A stretch of 64,000 bases of DNA from NCBI GenBank assembly GCA_041657405.1, contig JBBABX010000001.1, positions 12,152-76,151 of the forward strand, in the 5' to 3' direction. Position numbers and translations under genes: made by a program. The number at the start of each line of letters is the position of its first letter. Within the stretch, counting starts at the first letter, position 1. This document shows positions 60,334 through 64,000 of this stretch, piece after piece. The notes under the pieces are model-generated. The model made no database searches. It was not told where the DNA came from and saw only the letters and a list, made by a program, of their open reading frames with translations. The DNA comes from Minisyncoccota bacterium. Its GTDB lineage: Bacteria; Patescibacteriota; Minisyncoccia; Phycocordibacterales; XYD1-FULL-46-19.

Positions 60334-61803
60334 TTATTTCCGAACAAATAAGGACTCTGGCATTTGATTAAGTAGAATTGATTGTTTAATTTTTGCAGCA
60401 GTCGCTGGTAAAAATGGCGATAACATCACCGACAAACGTGCCAATCGAAAAATTAAAGTTCTAACTATTTTACGCGCTGCTTCTGGCTCTTTCTTGAAAA
60501 GTTTAAAGGGTTCGCGTTCTTGAATTTCTCGATCCATCTCGCCAATTTCACGCCACAAGACATTAGCGGCTCGATTTAAATCATAAGCCGTCAAAGCATC
60601 GTTGTATTGCTCCCAAACACTTGAAATATTGCCTACCAACGAGATAACCGATGCAAAAGTATCTTCAGTCGCTATTGGTTCAACAAAATAATTTTGAGAC
60701 ATTTTCATAATTCGAGCCGTCAAATTGCCTAAACCATTGGCTAAATTGGCATTATAAGTTTCTCGGAACTTGTCCCAAGTAAAATCACTGTCTTCAAAAT
60801 TAGAAAACTCACGCGCCACATAGTAACGAAAGGCATCTATTCCATATTCTTTGACAACCTCAAGAGGACTAATAACATTACCAAGACTTTTACTCATTTT
60901 TTGCCCTTCGCTAGTAATAAAACCTTCAACAATAACTGCCTTAGAAAGAGGCAAGTCGGCAGACATAAGCATTGCTTGCCACATCGCCGCCTGTTGCCGC
61001 AAATTATCCTTGCCACAATATTGGACAGGTCCACCAGATTCTAACCACCAACGTCGAAATTGTTCTTCGTCATCAGGCCAACCAACCGCGGTCAAGTAAT
61101 TAACTAAGGCATCAAACCACACATACATCACATGATCAGGATCATCTGGCACTGGAATACCCCAAGGCATTTTACTGGCTAACCGCGAGATACTAAAATC
61201 ATTTAAACCAGAAGAGACAAAAGTTCTTATTTCGTTCAAGCGACTTTGGGGCAAAACAAAATTGGGGTTCTTGTCATACAAGTCAAGTAAAGCTTTTTGA
61301 TATTTTGAAAATCTAAAAAAATAATTTTCTTCCTCGGTAATTTGCAAATCTAAATTAGGATGAAATGGACATCTGCCATTTTCTAATTCAGAATCCTGTT
61401 TTTCCAATTCGCAACCAACGCAATATTTTATTTTGTAAAATTTTTTGTAGATATCGCCATTATTCTGACAACGACGCCAAAATTCCTGTGCCGCCCGAAG
61501 ATGGCGTTGATCAGTTGTTCTGATAAAGTTTAAGTCCGGCAATAAATTAAGTAGGTCTTTTAAATTTTTGAACTTTTCCGCCCAATCATCAACATAGGCT
61601 TGAGGAGTTTTACCTTCAGCGACAGCTTTTTGATAAATTTTTTGCCCGTGTTCATCAGTGCCAGTATTAAAAAAAACTTCGTCCCCCAAAAGACGACGCC
61701 AACGGGCAAAAATATCCGCCCGCACTATCTCCATCGCAAAACCGATATGAGGCGCCGAGTTTACGTATGGCAAGGTGGTAGTAATGTAAAATTTAGGAGG
61801 CAT
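60334..61803 (-). CDS. metG: Methionyl-tRNA synthetase (short form).
   Basis: HIGH-type motif PHIGFA, zinc knuckle CxxC...C, and KMSKS. The start is set at MPPKFYITTT. Confidence 0.85.
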   Translation of the reverse strand: MPPKFYITTTLPYVNSAPHIGFAMEIVRADIFARWRRLLGDEVFFNTGTDEHGQKIYQKAVAEGKTPQAYVDDWAEKFKNLKDLLNLLPDLNFIRTTDQRHLRAAQEFWRRCQNNGDIYKKFYKIKYCVGCELEKQDSELENGRCPFHPNLDLQITEEENYFFRFSKYQKALLDLYDKNPNFVLPQSRLNEIRTFVSSGLNDFSISRLASKMPWGIPVPDDPDHVMYVWFDALVNYLTAVGWPDDEEQFRRWWLESGGPVQYCGKDNLRQQAAMWQAMLMSADLPLSKAVIVEGFITSEGQKMSKSLGNVISPLEVVKEYGIDAFRYYVAREFSNFEDSDFTWDKFRETYNANLANGLGNLTARIMKMSQNYFVEPIATEDTFASVISLVGNISSVWEQYNDALTAYDLNRAANVLWREIGEMDREIQEREPFKLFKKEPEAARKIVRTLIFRLARLSVMLSPFLPATAAKIKQSILLNQMPESLFVRK

Positions 61804-62869
61804 TACCAACGTGTTTTTTACGTTTTTCAATATCGTTGACATACTCCATCAACAAGGTGGTCGCCGGCACTGCCAAAATCATTCCCAAAAAACCAGCCAG
61901 CTCATAACCAACTATCAAAGAAATAATAACAATAATCGGATTTAAACCAATAACTTTTTTCATAACCAAAGGATACAGTAGATGATTTTCAAATTGCTGA
62001 ACTATAATATAAAAACCAATAACCATTAAACCAAGAGTAAAGTTGTCCGAGAAACCCAAAACCACCGCTGGCACCGCTGAGAGCACTGGTCCAAAAACCG
62101 GAATCAATTCTAACAATCCGGCGACGATAGCCAAGAGCAAAGCATATCTTATGCCAAAAAGCATCAGGCCAATGTAGACCATTGGTCCAACGATGAGTCC
62201 TAGCAATAATTGACCTTGAATCCAGCGCCCAATTTTTACTTCTGTTCGTTGCCATAAATTAATCATATATTCCTCTTGTTTGACAGGAGTGATAACTCGC
62301 AGAAAATTTTCCACCCCATTTTTTTGAACAGCTAGATAGAATGAAATAACTATAACCAAGACAAAACTAACAATGCCGTTAAATAAAGCTTTGAATAAAT
62401 CATAAATATTGCCAGGGATTGGTGAATCCAAAAGACCATGAGAAATTACTTCCTGAATAGAAAATTCTGTCGTCAAACCATCAGAAAAAGAAACGATAGA
62501 ATTCCAGGCTGAATTTTCACTAATAAAAGTATTTATTTGTTTGGGCAAAGTGTGAGTCAAGCTGGTAACATCTTGGAAAATTGGTGGCACAAAGAAATAG
62601 AAAACAAAAAATAAGAGCAAGAAAGATAAGACATAAACCACCAATACTCCGATTACACGTGGCAAACGAAAACGCGATAGCCAAGTCGCCGCCGGGTCAA
62701 CCGCTGAAGCGATAACAACAGCTGTTAATAACGCCAAAAAAATATCACGCAAAAAATAAATAAGAGCAAAAATCATCACGGCAATTGAAATCTTTAAAAT
62801 TACCGCCAAACTGATATTAAGATTGAATTCTTTAGCTTCCATAAATTTAATTATATCACGAATTCTCAA
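61793..62869 (-). CDS. AI-2E-family (UPF0118/PerM-like) transporter.
   Basis: A 358 aa protein with 8 TM helices and characteristic N-terminal basic residues (FLRDIF) and family topology. Confidence 0.65.
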   Translation of the reverse strand: MRIRDIIKFMEAKEFNLNISLAVILKISIAVMIFALIYFLRDIFLALLTAVVIASAVDPAATWLSRFRLPRVIGVLVVYVLSFLLLFFVFYFFVPPIFQDVTSLTHTLPKQINTFISENSAWNSIVSFSDGLTTEFSIQEVISHGLLDSPIPGNIYDLFKALFNGIVSFVLVIVISFYLAVQKNGVENFLRVITPVKQEEYMINLWQRTEVKIGRWIQGQLLLGLIVGPMVYIGLMLFGIRYALLLAIVAGLLELIPVFGPVLSAVPAVVLGFSDNFTLGLMVIGFYIIVQQFENHLLYPLVMKKVIGLNPIIVIISLIVGYELAGFLGMILAVPATTLLMEYVNDIEKRKKHVGNAS

Positions 62870-63063
62870 GAATAGTCACTTTCAGTTTTAGTGACAAATT
62901 TTCCAGGCAATAACTCTTTATCACAATTTATTTTTTGAATGTCTCAAAATAATTTTTAAACCCTTAACCAGAGTTACTGTTTGAGAAATCACAAATTAAA
63001 ACTAACATTCAAAACCAACTCTGTCAAAACTAAAATCAACTAAGTTTAACATCAACCAGTATC

Positions 63064-64000
63064 TTAAAAATTCTTACTAGAGAAAAAAGAAAACAATTCC
63101 GATTCTCCAATTCTTTCTTGATTTCCAGTATCGCGGTCCCGAATCGTAACTGAACCATTAATTAAGGTATCAAAGTCTACCGTTAGACAGTAAGGGGTTC
63201 CAATTTCATCTTGTCGACGATAACGTTTGCCGATATTACCATTATCATCAAAAACAATCGGCTGAATTTTTTCGTTTAATTTTTGAAAAATTTCCCTTGC
63301 CTTGGCAACCAGTTCCGGTTTATTTCTCAAGAGTGGGAAAACCGCTACTTTGATCGGCGCAAGATTAGCCTTAAGTCGGAGAAAAACTCTTGACTCCCCC
63401 CCCATCTCATCTTCTGTATAAGCATCACTTAAGACTGCCAAAACCAAACGACCAACTCCACCCGATGATTCTATAATATGTGGAACAAATTTTTCACCAC
63501 TCTCTGGATCTTGGTAAGACAAGTCTTTACCGGAGCCTTTAGAATGCTGAGTTAAGTCATAATTACCACGCGCATGAATTCCTTCCATCTCATCAAAACC
63601 CCAGGGATAATTATACTCAATGTCATAAGCCTCTTTGGCATAAAAAACTAAATTATCATGCTTTTTCCAACGCAAATTTTCTTTTTTTAAACCAAGATCA
63701 ATAATCGCTTGCCAACGATATTCACGAAGTTTTTCATACTCTAACATTTCTTGATCAGGATGAATAAAATATTGCATTTCCATTTGTTCAAATTCACGCG
63801 CCCTAAATAAAAATTGCCTAGGGGCTATTTCGTTTCGAAAAGCCTTGCCAATTTGCGCAATACCAAAAGGCAATTTCTTGTGGGTTGAATCTAAAACATT
63901 TTTAAAATTAACGTAAATACCCTGACAAGTTTCGCCTCTCAAATAAGAGGGGTTGTCAGCCCCCGACTCGGTAAAATCGCCTAAATTTGATTTTACTAAC
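63064..64000 (-). CDS. glyQS: Glycyl-tRNA synthetase (class II, dimeric GlyQS type). The C-terminal ~310 aa are present; the N-terminus lies beyond the window.
   Basis: FGIAQIGKAFRNEI (motif 2), GMGGESRV, and an anticodon-binding domain. Confidence 0.8.
   Translation of the reverse strand, partial: LVKSNLGDFTESGADNPSYLRGETCQGIYVNFKNVLDSTHKKLPFGIAQIGKAFRNEIAPRQFLFRAREFEQMEMQYFIHPDQEMLEYEKLREYRWQAIIDLGLKKENLRWKKHDNLVFYAKEAYDIEYNYPWGFDEMEGIHARGNYDLTQHSKGSGKDLSYQDPESGEKFVPHIIESSGGVGRLVLAVLSDAYTEDEMGGESRVFLRLKANLAPIKVAVFPLLRNKPELVAKAREIFQKLNEKIQPIVFDDNGNIGKRYRRQDEIGTPYCLTVDFDTLINGSVTIRDRDTGNQERIGESELFSFFSSKNF

Noticed and set aside
63391-63410. The C8 homopolymer inside glyQS as a frameshift site.
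   Set aside because: The reading frame is continuous through it (encoding MGGES), so there is no disruption.

Overview
This 64 kb window is low-GC (about one-third GC) and gene-dense, transcribed mostly on the minus strand. The compact genes, unlinked rRNA genes, many glycosyltransferases and LTD/PKD surface proteins are consistent with a small-genome, possibly CPR/Patescibacteria-like bacterium (inference). Contents, in coordinate order:

- **1-15.7 kb:** one co-directional glycan-assembly operon. It holds a WxcM-like cupin (partial), a Wzx/PST flippase, one GT2 and seven GT1/GT4 glycosyltransferases, four SAM-methyltransferase domains (two fused to GTs), a P-loop kinase-like protein, and a TraD/DUF87-like ATPase with a long K/E-rich tail.
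- **15.9-19.9 kb:** two diverged GC-rich paralogous genes (15947..16636 and 18965..19687, about 55-60% GC). They share a conserved consensus sigma70 promoter and leader. Their C-terminal ~45 codons differ almost only at codon positions 1 and 2, between an RGGGW motif and a GF(Q)VFSR motif. That is the signature of a diversity-generating-retroelement (DGR) variable region in an FGE/C-type-lectin-fold target. No reverse transcriptase or template repeat is present in the window. A glycoside-hydrolase-like gene lies between the two paralogs.
- **20-24.5 kb:** murC, an NlpC/P60-like gene, murD and tRNA-Ile(GAT). murD carries an in-frame insertion of a palindromic REP-like doublet.
- **24.5-40 kb:** a 16S rRNA gene whose 3' end lacks the canonical CACCUCCUU anti-SD, lying ~10 kb from a 23S-5S pair. 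The 23S carries AT-rich expansion insertions. Between them lie secDF, a PAP2 phosphatase, folD, an epimerase, a priming sugar transferase, a GT4 and ftsW/rodA.
- **40-52 kb:** rplJ-rplL; secreted PKD, zinc-phospholipase-C+LTD and LTD proteins; a poly-G frameshifted small gene; an IS200/RAYT-type Y1 transposase flanked by the same palindromes found in murD; and a PG-binding surface protein.
- **52-64 kb:** ftsK, recA, efp, rpsF-ssb-rpsR, tatD, metG, an AI-2E transporter and a partial glyQS.
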